This document shows, one piece after another, positions 38,829-48,557 of a DNA stretch of 64,000 bases. Below the pieces are notes generated by a model that was given only the letters and a program-made list of their open reading frames with translations, did no database searches and had not been told where the DNA came from. Numbering within the stretch: the first letter of the stretch is position 1; each line of letters begins with the position of its first letter. Made by a program: the position numbers and the translations under genes. The stretch lies in assembly GCF_002696485.1 (NCBI RefSeq), contig NZ_NZTP01000062.1, one strand, 5' to 3'. Source of the DNA: Altibacter sp. (GTDB lineage: Bacteria > Bacteroidota > Bacteroidia > Flavobacteriales > Flavobacteriaceae).

Positions 38829-40226
38829 ATGGTAAAACAGCGAACGATTGGTAAGGAGGTATCCTTAACAGGAGTCGGACTACACACAGGGAAGGAAGTG
38901 ACCATTACTTTTAAACCTGCTCCCGAGAATCACGGGTATGCTTTCGTACGGGTGGATCTTGAAGGGAACCCCGTGATCGAGGCAGATGCGAATTATGTGG
39001 TCAATACCCAACGCGGAACCAATTTAGAGAAGCTGGGTGTGAAGATCCAAACGTCCGAACATGTGCTCGCTGCCTTAGTGGGCATGGAAGTAGACAACTG
39101 CTTGATGGAGTTGAATGCTTCTGAACCTCCCATAATGGACGGATCCTCCAAATTCTTTGTGCAGGCCATCTCTGAAGCTGGGATCGTAGAACAAGAGGCT
39201 CCGCGGGAAGAATATATCGTCAAAGAAGTGATTTCCTATCTTGATGAAGAAACAGGCAGCGAAATTACAGTGATTCCTGCCGATGAATATCAGGTAACGA
39301 CTATGGTCGATTTTGGTACTAAGGTCTTGGGAACACAGAATGCATCACTGAAACATCTCTCCGAATTCAAAGATGAGATTGCCGATGCGCGTACCTTTAG
39401 CTTCCTTCATGAGATTGAGATGCTACTAGAGCACGGACTGATTAAAGGCGGCGATTTGAACAATGCTATTGTCTATGTAGATAAAGAACTTTCTCCAAAG
39501 ACCATGGAGAAATTGCGGGAGGCCTTCGGAAAAGAAAAGATATCTGTAAAGCCTAATGGAATACTGGACAACCTAACTTTACATTATCCCAACGAGGCTG
39601 CCCGTCACAAGCTATTGGATGTAATTGGAGACCTTGCCTTAGTTGGAACACGCATTCGCGGGAAAGTAATTGCTAATAAGCCCGGTCATCATGTAAATAC
39701 CCAATTTGCAAAGAAGCTTTCTAAATTAATCAAGATAGAAAGCAGAAATAAGATACCTCAGTTCGATGTGACACTTCCTCCCGTGAAGGATGTGAACCAG
39801 ATCATGGAAATGTTACCGCACCGTCCCCCTTTCTTGTTGGTGGATAAGATCTTGGAGCTATCAGAGACGCATGTAGTGGGGTTAAAGAATGTTACAATGA
39901 ATGAGCCCTTCTTCGTGGGGCATTTCCCCGGGGCGCCAGTTATGCCCGGTGTGCTCATTGTAGAAGCAATGGCGCAGACCGGAGGAATTTTAGCATTGAG
40001 TACCGTGCCCGACCCGGAGAACTATCTTACCTTTTTTATGAAGATAAACAATGTAAAGTTCAAGCAGCAAGTAAATCCGGGAGACACACTTATCTTCAAT
40101 TTAGAACTTATCACGCCTATTAGAAGAGGAATCGTGCACATGCAAGGAAATGCGTATGCCAATAACAAACTAGTGACTGAAGCCGAACTTATGGCCCAAA
40201 TTGTCAAAACAAAAAACGTAGAATGA
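38829..40226 (+). CDS. lpxC: Bifunctional UDP-3-O-acyl-GlcNAc deacetylase / 3-hydroxyacyl-ACP dehydratase
   Basis: The LpxC N-terminus is MVKQRTI..GVGLHTG. The C-terminal FabZ hot-dog motif is FFVGHFPGAPVMPGVLIVEAMAQ. ATG 38817 is an alternative start. Confidence 0.9.
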   Translation: MVKQRTIGKEVSLTGVGLHTGKEVTITFKPAPENHGYAFVRVDLEGNPVIEADANYVVNTQRGTNLEKLGVKIQTSEHVLAALVGMEVDNCLMELNASEPPIMDGSSKFFVQAISEAGIVEQEAPREEYIVKEVISYLDEETGSEITVIPADEYQVTTMVDFGTKVLGTQNASLKHLSEFKDEIADARTFSFLHEIEMLLEHGLIKGGDLNNAIVYVDKELSPKTMEKLREAFGKEKISVKPNGILDNLTLHYPNEAARHKLLDVIGDLALVGTRIRGKVIANKPGHHVNTQFAKKLSKLIKIESRNKIPQFDVTLPPVKDVNQIMEMLPHRPPFLLVDKILELSETHVVGLKNVTMNEPFFVGHFPGAPVMPGVLIVEAMAQTGGILALSTVPDPENYLTFFMKINNVKFKQQVNPGDTLIFNLELITPIRRGIVHMQGNAYANNKLVTEAELMAQIVKTKNVE

Positions 40227-41008
40227 ATCAACCGTTAGCATACGTCCATCCGGGCGCCAAAATCGCAAAGAACGTGGTCATTGAACCATTTACTACCATT
40301 CACAACAATGTTGTGATAGGTGAGGGCACATGGATAGGTTCCAACGTGACCATCATGGAAGGAGCACGTATTGGAAAGAATTGTAATATTTTTCCCGGAG
40401 CGGTCATTTCGGCTATCCCACAAGATCTTAAATTCAATGATGAGGATACCACCGCAGAGATAGGAGATGGAACGACCATTCGTGAATATGTGACCATCAA
40501 TAGAGGTACTTCAGATCGCGGTAAGACAGTAATAGGTAAGAACTGCTGGATCATGGCGTATTGCCACGTCGCTCACGATTGTATCGTGGGGGATCATTGC
40601 ATCTTCTCCAACAATAGTACGCTCGCCGGACATATTACCGTGGGTGATTACGTAGTGTTGGCGGGAATGACCGCGGTACATCAGTTTTGTATGATAGGGA
40701 ACCACGCCTTCGTTACGGGTGGGTCGCTAGTACGAAAGGATGTGCCACCGTATGTAAAAGCAGCTCGGGAACCTTTGTCGTATGTAGGGATCAATTCTAT
40801 TGGCTTACGCCGAAGAGGTTTTTCTCCTGAAAAGATTCGGGAGATACAGAATATTTACAGAATCCTCTACCAAAAGAACTATAATAATACACAGGCAGCA
40901 GAGATCATCGAAGCAGAGATGGAAGCAACGCCCGAGCGGGATGAGATCCTTCAGTTTATCAAGAATTCCAAACGAGGGATCATGAAGGGCTACTTCAGTT
41001 CAAACTAA
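40223..41008 (+). CDS. lpxA: Acyl-ACP--UDP-GlcNAc O-acyltransferase
   Basis: 261 aa with hexapeptide repeats and a helical C-domain. It has a 4-nt overlap with lpxC/fabZ. Confidence 0.9.
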   Translation: MNQPLAYVHPGAKIAKNVVIEPFTTIHNNVVIGEGTWIGSNVTIMEGARIGKNCNIFPGAVISAIPQDLKFNDEDTTAEIGDGTTIREYVTINRGTSDRGKTVIGKNCWIMAYCHVAHDCIVGDHCIFSNNSTLAGHITVGDYVVLAGMTAVHQFCMIGNHAFVTGGSLVRKDVPPYVKAAREPLSYVGINSIGLRRRGFSPEKIREIQNIYRILYQKNYNNTQAAEIIEAEMEATPERDEILQFIKNSKRGIMKGYFSSN

Positions 41009-41037
41009 TTAATTTTCAGAAAAAAGAAATCGTATAT

Positions 41038-41604
41038 ATGGCAACAAGCTCAGACATTAGAAAAGGATTATGCATTCGATACAACAATGATATCTATAAA
41101 ATTATCGAATTTCTTCACGTGAAGCCCGGAAAAGGTCCGGCATTCGTACGAACTAAACTTAAAAGTGTAACTTCAGGAAAGGTTATTGATAACACATTCT
41201 CTGCAGGACACAGGATCGAAGACGTACGTGTGGAAACGCATAAGTTTCAGTATTTATATAATGAAGGGGAAACCTATCATTTTATGAATACAGAGGACTA
41301 TTCTCAAATTAGACTACAAAAGGACGCCTTGGATGTGCCCGAATTGATGAAAGAAGGAGAAATTGTAACCGTGATCATTAATACCGAGGATAATTCACCA
41401 CTTTCGGTGGAAATGCCTGCGCACGTGATCTTGGAAGTTACCGCCACCGAACCCGGCGTGAAAGGCAACACGGCGACCAATGCAACAAAACCGGCTACTG
41501 TGGAAACCGGAGCTGAAGTAAACGTGCCATTATTCATCAATGAAGGAGACAAAATTAGAATCGATACTGAAAAAGGCCAATATCAGGAGCGTATTAAAGA
41601 ATAG
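41038..41604 (+). CDS. efp: Elongation factor P
   Basis: 188 aa with IRKGLCIRYNNDIYKIIEF..KPGKGPAFVRTKLK. Confidence 0.93.
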   Translation: MATSSDIRKGLCIRYNNDIYKIIEFLHVKPGKGPAFVRTKLKSVTSGKVIDNTFSAGHRIEDVRVETHKFQYLYNEGETYHFMNTEDYSQIRLQKDALDVPELMKEGEIVTVIINTEDNSPLSVEMPAHVILEVTATEPGVKGNTATNATKPATVETGAEVNVPLFINEGDKIRIDTEKGQYQERIKE

Positions 41605-41613
41605 TACGTGACC

Positions 41614-42378
41614 ATGAAGAGAAGCCTTGAGGAGATTGCCAAAACCGAAGCCGAATATTGGAACGAAAATAAGTTGGACCGACGGAAGATCAAGAAACTT
41701 CGGAGGCATGCTTTTTATTATTCCTATAAGAGAGAGGCCGGCATTCTTCGAGAGATCGTAGCAACTTTTAAGGGTAAAGAACTATTGGAAATTGGTTCTC
41801 ACTCTTGGATGGCTTGGATCAAGAATAAGACCACTCCAAAAAAGATAACTTGCATCAACATTTCTGAAGTAGAGCTTCAAAAGGGAACCACACATGCTAA
41901 GGAGGTTGACTTTCCTATTGATTTTCACCTTATGGATGCCAACAACCTTACGTTTCCGGATGCTTCATTTGATGTGGTCTATGGTGGTGCGATCTTGCAT
42001 CATCTCGACATAGAGAAAGCTATGCACCACATTCATCGTGTTTTGAAACCCGGCGGTTACATTTTATTTACGGAGCCGTTGAACATTAACCCGCTCTACA
42101 AGGTCTATCGCAAGTTAAATCCGAAGGAACGCACGCCGGATGAACATGCGCTGGTATCTTCAGATTTTAAACTTATCCGAAATAAATTCACCTTCAAACA
42201 TCATTTTTTTGATTTTTTTAGTGTTATTTTTGGGTTTGTGGCATTAAAACTCTATGGCGATAAAAACTATGATAATTGGATCAATAAACTTGGGTACCAA
42301 TTAGATGTGCTTTTATCGAAAGTGCCTTTTATGCACTTCTTATTTGCCCGCGTGATCATTTACGGAGAAAAAAAATAA
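41614..42378 (+). CDS. Class I SAM-dependent methyltransferase with a hydrophobic C-terminal segment
   Basis: Motif I-like LLEIGSHSW, then VVYGGAILHHL and VLKPGGYILFTEP. A hydrophobic FFDFFSVIFGFVAL lies near the C-terminus. GTG 41608 is an alternative start. Confidence 0.72.
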   Translation: MKRSLEEIAKTEAEYWNENKLDRRKIKKLRRHAFYYSYKREAGILREIVATFKGKELLEIGSHSWMAWIKNKTTPKKITCINISEVELQKGTTHAKEVDFPIDFHLMDANNLTFPDASFDVVYGGAILHHLDIEKAMHHIHRVLKPGGYILFTEPLNINPLYKVYRKLNPKERTPDEHALVSSDFKLIRNKFTFKHHFFDFFSVIFGFVALKLYGDKNYDNWINKLGYQLDVLLSKVPFMHFLFARVIIYGEKK

Positions 42379-42384
42379 AACACC

Positions 42385-43323
42385 ATGAAATTTGCACACC
42401 CCCAGACCTTAGAGGAGATTGCAGCTATAATTAGTGCAGATTACGTTGGCCCCGCCGATTTTCCGGTGTTGGGGATGAACGAGATCCATGTGGTGCGTCC
42501 AGGCGACATTGTATTCGTTGATCACCCAAAATATTACGAGAAAGCTTTGAATTCTCAAGCAACCATTATTCTTATCAATAAAGAGGTAGCATGCCCTCCA
42601 CGAAAGGCATTATTGATTTCAGACGATCCTTTTAGGGATTTTAATAAACTTACCAATTATTTTAGACCGTTCAAGCCGGCCACAGCGGTTATTGCTCCTT
42701 CAGCATCTATAGGAAATAATACTGTTGTGCAGCCCAATACATTTATTGGGAATAATGTGGTAATTGGTGATAATTGCACCATCCATTCTAACGTATGTAT
42801 CTACGACCATACGGTCATTGGAAACAATGTTACGATCCACTCCGGAACGGTCCTAGGCGCAGATGCCTTTTATTATAAGAACCGTCCGGAAAAATTTGAT
42901 AAGCTTATTAGTGGTGGCAATGTTGTTATTATGGATAACGTAGACATTGGAGCGCTCTGTACCATCGATAAAGGGGTAAGTGCTTCTACCATCATTGGAG
43001 AAGGGACAAAATTAGACAATCAGGTCCATGTGGGTCACGACACAGTAATTGGCAGTCGCTGTCTTATTGCGTCGCAGGTGGGTATCGCGGGTTGTGTACT
43101 TATTGAGGATTTTGTAACAATTTGGGGACAAGTAGGAATTACAAGTGGCATTACTATTGGCGAAAAGGCGGTTATTTCGGCTCAAAGCGGCGTGAGCAAA
43201 TCGCTGCCGGGACATAAATCTTATTTCGGTACACCAGCCGATGAATTCAGAAAAAAATACAAGGAATTGGCATCCATACGCCTTATTCCTGATATAATTG
43301 ATAAACTTGATAAAATACAATGA
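42385..43323 (+). CDS. Second LpxD-like UDP-3-O-acylglucosamine N-acyltransferase paralog
   Basis: 312 aa with an LpxD-like N-terminal domain (LEEIAAIISADYVG) and hexapeptide repeats. Confidence 0.78.
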   Translation: MKFAHPQTLEEIAAIISADYVGPADFPVLGMNEIHVVRPGDIVFVDHPKYYEKALNSQATIILINKEVACPPRKALLISDDPFRDFNKLTNYFRPFKPATAVIAPSASIGNNTVVQPNTFIGNNVVIGDNCTIHSNVCIYDHTVIGNNVTIHSGTVLGADAFYYKNRPEKFDKLISGGNVVIMDNVDIGALCTIDKGVSASTIIGEGTKLDNQVHVGHDTVIGSRCLIASQVGIAGCVLIEDFVTIWGQVGITSGITIGEKAVISAQSGVSKSLPGHKSYFGTPADEFRKKYKELASIRLIPDIIDKLDKIQ

Positions 43324-43733
43324 GTAAAGCAGCAAAAGAAATCGTTCGAAATTTTTATCGTTCCAATATATTAAATGACGATACCATTCTCGACCGTTTT
43401 TTTCATAAAGACATCGTTCTAATCTGGAACAGTTCCAACGGCCTATCTATTATGCATTATGACGATCTGGTTAATTTCTTTTCGGAAGTACGTCGGTCTT
43501 ATAACGATCTACGTGTTGAGGTAAGCCACTTGCTGTCCGATGATAATCACGTTACCATTCGATATAAATATTACATCCGTACTATGGAAAACCCAGATGA
43601 AGAATTAGGGATTGCCCATTTTATCGCAATCTGGGAGATAAAGGATGACAAACTTTATCGTGGTTATCAAGTGAGCCAACCGGTAACCGATAAAGACGAT
43701 ACCACAGAATCCTATCACAAGGTTAAAGTGTAA
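43320..43733 (+). CDS. NTF2/SnoaL-like small protein
   Basis: 137 aa with a 4-nt overlap with the lpxD paralog. The fold call is tentative and based on size and pattern. Confidence 0.45.
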   Translation: MSKAAKEIVRNFYRSNILNDDTILDRFFHKDIVLIWNSSNGLSIMHYDDLVNFFSEVRRSYNDLRVEVSHLLSDDNHVTIRYKYYIRTMENPDEELGIAHFIAIWEIKDDKLYRGYQVSQPVTDKDDTTESYHKVKV

Positions 43734-43761
43734 AATCCTTTAAAATCGTAGAGAATTACAG

Positions 43762-43769
43762 TATCTTTG
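43762..43769 (+). promoter_or_regulatory. -7 promoter box (TAnnTTTG)
   Basis: TATCTTTG lies 58 nt upstream of the sucD ATG. Confidence 0.35.
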
Positions 43770-43827
43770 CCATCGATTTTTAGATCGATCGCCAACAAAT
43801 TTTTAATCATAAATAGTAAGAGACAGC

Positions 43828-44700
43828 ATGAGTGTTTTAGTTAATAAGGATTCAAAAATAATTGTTCAAGGGTTTACCGGGAGTGAAGGTACATTTCACG
43901 CCGAACAAATGATAGCCTATGGAACCAATGTGGTTGGAGGTGTAACTCCGGGTAAAGGAGGACAATCGCATCTTGACCGGCCCGTTTTCAATACAGTAGA
44001 AGAAGCTGTGAAGGAAACAGGAGCCAATACCACCATTATTTTTGTCCCTCCTGCTTTTGCTGCCGACGCCATTATGGAGGCCGCCAATGCGGGAATCAAA
44101 GTAATCATTACAATTACCGAAGGAATCCCTGTTGGTGACATGATTAAAGCGGCAGATTATATTAAAGATAAGGACTGTCGATTAATTGGGCCAAACTGTC
44201 CCGGAGTGATTACGCCGGGTGAAGCGAAGGTTGGGATCATGCCCGGTTTCGTTTTCAAAAAAGGAAAAGTAGGGATTGTTTCTAAATCGGGAACCCTTAC
44301 CTATGAAGCAGCAGATCAAGTGGTAAAGCAAGGATTGGGTATCACGACCGCCATTGGAATTGGTGGAGACCCTATTATTGGGACCACAACCAAAGAGGCT
44401 GTAGAGTTGTTGATCAATGATCCTGAAACAGAAGCGGTGGTTATGATTGGTGAGATCGGTGGGCAATTAGAAGCCGATGCAGCTAATTGGTATAAGAACA
44501 GCGGAAGTAAAAAACCTATTGTTGGCTTCATCGCGGGCGAGACTGCACCTGCCGGACGCACCATGGGTCACGCAGGAGCGATTGTTGGCGGAAGCGATGA
44601 TACGGCACAGGCCAAAAAGAAGATCATGAGAGCATGCGGTATTCATGTAGTAGATTCACCTGCCGAAATAGGGAAGAAGGTTGCCGAAGTAATGGGCTAA
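43828..44700 (+). CDS. sucD: Succinate--CoA ligase subunit alpha
   Basis: 290 aa with [25 protein letters not shown] and the active-site region MGHAGAIV. Confidence 0.93.
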   Translation: MSVLVNKDSKIIVQGFTGSEGTFHAEQMIAYGTNVVGGVTPGKGGQSHLDRPVFNTVEEAVKETGANTTIIFVPPAFAADAIMEAANAGIKVIITITEGIPVGDMIKAADYIKDKDCRLIGPNCPGVITPGEAKVGIMPGFVFKKGKVGIVSKSGTLTYEAADQVVKQGLGITTAIGIGGDPIIGTTTKEAVELLINDPETEAVVMIGEIGGQLEADAANWYKNSGSKKPIVGFIAGETAPAGRTMGHAGAIVGGSDDTAQAKKKIMRACGIHVVDSPAEIGKKVAEVMG

Positions 44701-44720
44701 TACCTTGATGATATACGTAT

Positions 44721-44752
44721 AAGCCTCCTAACAAAGTTGGGAGGCTTTTTTT
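44721..44752 (+). terminator. Rho-independent terminator after sucD
   Basis: Stem agcctcc (44722-44728) / ggaggct (44740-44746), followed by a T7 run. Confidence 0.65.
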
Positions 44753-44775
44753 ATGGCAAAGCCGAAGTGATTTCC

Positions 44776-44783
44776 TATATTTG
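44776..44783 (+). promoter_or_regulatory. -7 promoter box (TAnnTTTG)
   Basis: TATATTTG lies 25 nt upstream of the fabG ATG. Confidence 0.45.
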
Positions 44784-44808
44784 AAGGTATTCAAAAACGC
44801 ATAACACA

Positions 44809-45555
44809 ATGAAATTATTAGAAGGTAAAACAGCCATTATTACAGGGGGTAGTCGCGGAATTGGGAAAGGAATTGTTGAAGTATTTGTACAACACGGGGC
44901 AAACGTCGCTTTTACATACAGCTCTTCGGCTGAAGCTGCCGAGGCTTTGGCAACAGATCTTTCCAAATCAGGTGTAAAGGTCAAAGCATATCAAAGTGAT
45001 GCTGCTAATTTCGATCAATCTCAAGAGCTGGCCAATGCCGTTCTGGAGGAATTTGGAAGTATCGATATTTTGGTGAATAACGCGGGGATCACCAAGGATA
45101 ACCTTCTAATGCGTATTTCTGAAGAAGACTTCGACAAGGTGATCGAAGTAAATTTGAAGTCGGTGTTTAACATGACCAAAGCCGTACAACGCGCAATGCT
45201 CAAGCAGCGTAAAGGCTCTATCATCAATATGAGCTCTGTAGTCGGGGTAAAAGGAAATGCCGGACAAACCAATTATGCTGCTTCAAAAGCCGGAATCCTT
45301 GGTTTCACAAAATCGGTTGCACTGGAATTGGGTTCTCGTGACATTCGATGTAACGCCATAGCCCCTGGTTTTATTGAAACCGAAATGACCGGAAAACTGG
45401 ACGAAGCTACCGTACAGTCGTGGCGCGATGCTATTCCTTTAAAGCGAGGCGGTACACCCGCAGACATTGCGAATGCATGTGTGTTCTTGGCGAGTGATCT
45501 TTCAGCCTACGTGACAGGACAAACGTTGAATGTCGACGGGGGAATGCTTACCTAA
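44809..45555 (+). CDS. fabG: 3-oxoacyl-ACP reductase
   Basis: 248 aa with TGGSRGIGKG, NNAG and YAASKAG. Confidence 0.9.
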   Translation: MKLLEGKTAIITGGSRGIGKGIVEVFVQHGANVAFTYSSSAEAAEALATDLSKSGVKVKAYQSDAANFDQSQELANAVLEEFGSIDILVNNAGITKDNLLMRISEEDFDKVIEVNLKSVFNMTKAVQRAMLKQRKGSIINMSSVVGVKGNAGQTNYAASKAGILGFTKSVALELGSRDIRCNAIAPGFIETEMTGKLDEATVQSWRDAIPLKRGGTPADIANACVFLASDLSAYVTGQTLNVDGGMLT

Positions 45556-45633
45556 AAGAACACCACTACCGTGCCAGGAAGAAATGAAAGCTGTCAAAAG
45601 GCATTTCTTTAAAGCGCACACCTTAAAAATTCT

Positions 45634-47667
45634 ATGACCGCAGAAACCATACTCTATATTGTAATAGCCGCTGTGATCGCTTTGGCTGCGGCAATTTTTA
45701 TGTACGGGTATAGGGTCTCGTATTCCAAGTCCTTAAAATGGATCTTTGGCATTCTTAGGTTTCTTACTATTTTTTTGATCCTGTTGCTATTGATCAACCC
45801 GAAGTTTAGAAGTGAAACCTATACGGTCGTAAAGCCAAAACTTCCTGTCCTTATTGATAATTCGAGTTCTATATCCCAATTGGACCAGTCTGCCAATGCT
45901 TCAGAGGTATTAACATTGTTTCAGGAGAACGACGCTTTGAATGACAAGTTTGATATTTCCTATTATCGCTTCGGAAGTGATTTTACCACCCTTGATTCTT
46001 TATCGTTTTCAGAAAGGAACACGAATATTTCGAAGGCACTTACCGGTGTCGATCGATTGTTCCGAAACGATATCGCCCCCATCGTATTGATCACTGATGG
46101 GAATCAAACGATTGGAAACGATTACGAATTTTCGGTCGCGACAACAAAAAGTCCAGTCTTCCCGATAGTTTTGGGTGATTCCATTACCTACACCGATCTA
46201 AAAATTGAGCAGCTCAATACCAACAGATATGCTTTTCTAAAGAATGATTTTCCTGTGGAGGCCATTCTGGTGTATAACGGGAACAGCACGTTTAATACAC
46301 AATTCATTGTCTCACAAGGCACCGCTGTTGTATATAGGGAGAATGTCACTTTTTCTCAAACCGATAATTCCAAAATCATTTCTTTTACGTTACCGGCTTC
46401 CAGTGTAGGGCTTCAGAAATATACGGCACAAATAATTCCTCAGGAAGAAGAGCGCAACAAGGTGAACAACAGCAAACGCTTTGCCGTGGAAGTGATCGAT
46501 CAGTCCACCAATGTACTTCTAGTAAGTAGGATTATTCATCCCGATTTGGGTGCCTTGCAAAAATCCATTACTACCAACGAACAACGAAAGGTCACTGTCA
46601 AGAAACCTGAAGCCGCTGTTTCCTTGCTAAACGATCATCAGCTGGTAGTTATTTATCAGCCCGATAGATCATTTGCATCTCTCTACCAGGAATTGGAGCG
46701 ACTTCAGAAGAATGTTTGGGTGATCACCGGGATGCAAACCGATTGGAATTTTCTAAATTCTGTACAGAACAATTATAATAAGGAAGCAAGCAGCGAAGCC
46801 GAGGACGTATCCGGGATGCTTCAATCTAATTATGGCACATTTGCGGTCGAGGATATTGGCTTTGATTCGTTTAGACCTCTTACTACTTCTTTTGGCTTGT
46901 TAGAGATGAGCGTACCGCATGAAACATTGCTGGAGCAAACCATTAACGGCTTTACTACAGGAAACCCCATGCTTGCAACCTTTGAGATCAATGGTAGGAG
47001 AGGAGCTTTATGGGACGGAGAAGGATCGTGGAAGTGGCGGGCCGAGACGTATTTAGCTACGAGCGAATTTCAGGCCTTCGATCAGTTTGTAGGCAAGTTA
47101 GTGCAGTATCTCGCATCCAATAAACGGCGAAGCCGCCTCGAAGTCTCCGGTGAAACTTTTTATTACAATAATAACCCAATACGTATCACAGCACAGTATT
47201 TCGACAAGAACTTTGTTTTCGATCCTAGAGCGGCGCTCACCATAACGGTTCTAAATACAGAGACGGATGCACGTGTTACCTTCCCAATGTTGCTTCGAAA
47301 TAACTTTTATGAAGTAGATCTTAATAGCTTACCGGCCGGAGAATACCAATATACAGTGCTCGTAAAAGATGAGGCGATGAGCCGAAGTGGTACTTTTACA
47401 ATCTTAGATTTTAATGTAGAACAACAATTCCTCAATGCAGATGTAACAAAGCTAAGGAGGGTTGCGACTAATACCAAGGGTAGTGGGTTCTACGCTTCGG
47501 AAACTGAGAAGTTGATCGCCAACCTGTTGGCAGACGACCGTTTTCAATCCATTCAAAAAAGCGAACTAAAAGTAGTACCTTTGATCGATTGGAAATACCT
47601 GCTGGGTCTTATTGTTCTTTTGTTGGCTTCGGAATGGTTTATTCGCAAATACAACGGACTTATCTAA
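45634..47667 (+). CDS. Membrane protein with BatA-like N-terminal double-TM anchor and vWA-like domain
   Basis: 677 aa with two N-terminal TM helices. The MIDAS-like motif is LIDNSSS (DxSxS), followed by VLITDGNQT, and there is a C-terminal TM helix. Confidence 0.55.
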   Translation: MTAETILYIVIAAVIALAAAIFMYGYRVSYSKSLKWIFGILRFLTIFLILLLLINPKFRSETYTVVKPKLPVLIDNSSSISQLDQSANASEVLTLFQENDALNDKFDISYYRFGSDFTTLDSLSFSERNTNISKALTGVDRLFRNDIAPIVLITDGNQTIGNDYEFSVATTKSPVFPIVLGDSITYTDLKIEQLNTNRYAFLKNDFPVEAILVYNGNSTFNTQFIVSQGTAVVYRENVTFSQTDNSKIISFTLPASSVGLQKYTAQIIPQEEERNKVNNSKRFAVEVIDQSTNVLLVSRIIHPDLGALQKSITTNEQRKVTVKKPEAAVSLLNDHQLVVIYQPDRSFASLYQELERLQKNVWVITGMQTDWNFLNSVQNNYNKEASSEAEDVSGMLQSNYGTFAVEDIGFDSFRPLTTSFGLLEMSVPHETLLEQTINGFTTGNPMLATFEINGRRGALWDGEGSWKWRAETYLATSEFQAFDQFVGKLVQYLASNKRRSRLEVSGETFYYNNNPIRITAQYFDKNFVFDPRAALTITVLNTETDARVTFPMLLRNNFYEVDLNSLPAGEYQYTVLVKDEAMSRSGTFTILDFNVEQQFLNADVTKLRRVATNTKGSGFYASETEKLIANLLADDRFQSIQKSELKVVPLIDWKYLLGLIVLLLASEWFIRKYNGLI

Positions 47668-47687
47668 TTTAAAACATAAAATATCTC

Positions 47688-48503
47688 ATGGAAAAATTAC
47701 CTAAAATCGGGATCCCCGTAATTATTATTGTTATTCTTTTGATCATTGTCATTGCCAAGTCGGCGGTCACTATAGGCTCAGGTGAGGCAGGTGTGCTCTA
47801 CAAGACCTTTGGAGGTGGTGTGGTCACTGATGAGTCACCTTTGGGAGAAGGGTTTCATATCGTGGCTCCTTGGAACAAAGTGTATATTTATGAAGTGCGA
47901 CAACAAGAGTTGTTTGAGCAAATGAAAGTGTTGTCCTCCAACGGGTTGGAGATCCAGATCGATGCCTCTGCTTGGTTTCAACCTGTATACGGCGATCTTG
48001 GAAAACTTCATCAAACCTTGGGAGAAAATTATTTACAACGTGTGATACAGCCTGCCATTCGAAGTGCAGCACGTAGTGTGGTAGGACGCTACACTCCGGA
48101 ACAGCTTTACAGTAGCAAGCGTGATGTGATTCAAGATGAGATCTTTGCGGAAACCAAGAAGATCTTGGACAATCAATTTGTACAATTAAATGAAGTATTG
48201 GTAAGAGATGTTACCTTGCCTGCGACTATCAAGGACGCTATTGAGCGCAAATTAAAGCAGGAACAGGAATCTTTGGAATATGAGTTTCGTCTGGTAACAG
48301 CAGCCAAAGAGGCCGAGAAAGTAATCATTGAAGCGCAAGGTAAGGCAGATGCGAATCGCATTCTAAGTGCCTCATTAACCGATAAGATCCTTCAGGATAA
48401 AGGAATTGAAGCAACCTTGGAGCTGGCCAAATCCCCCAATGCGAAAGTGGTGGTGGTTGGTTCCGGCGAAAGTGGTCTGCCACTGATCTTGGGAAATAAT
48501 TAA
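47688..48503 (+). CDS. SPFH/prohibitin (band 7) family protein
   Basis: 271 aa with an N-terminal TM helix, an SPFH core and a coiled-coil region (EQESLEYEFRLVTAAKEAEKVIIEAQGKA). Confidence 0.85.
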   Translation: MEKLPKIGIPVIIIVILLIIVIAKSAVTIGSGEAGVLYKTFGGGVVTDESPLGEGFHIVAPWNKVYIYEVRQQELFEQMKVLSSNGLEIQIDASAWFQPVYGDLGKLHQTLGENYLQRVIQPAIRSAARSVVGRYTPEQLYSSKRDVIQDEIFAETKKILDNQFVQLNEVLVRDVTLPATIKDAIERKLKQEQESLEYEFRLVTAAKEAEKVIIEAQGKADANRILSASLTDKILQDKGIEATLELAKSPNAKVVVVGSGESGLPLILGNN

Positions 48504-48525
48504 TAGAAAGAGCTTGTCTTTTTAT

Positions 48526-48557
48526 CAAACCGCTTCAGAACTGGGGCGGTTTTTTAT
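48526..48557. terminator. Bidirectional terminator between convergent genes
   Basis: Stem aaaccgc (48527-48533) / gcggttt (48546-48552) with a T-run. It overlaps the stop codon of the symporter gene. Confidence 0.6.
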
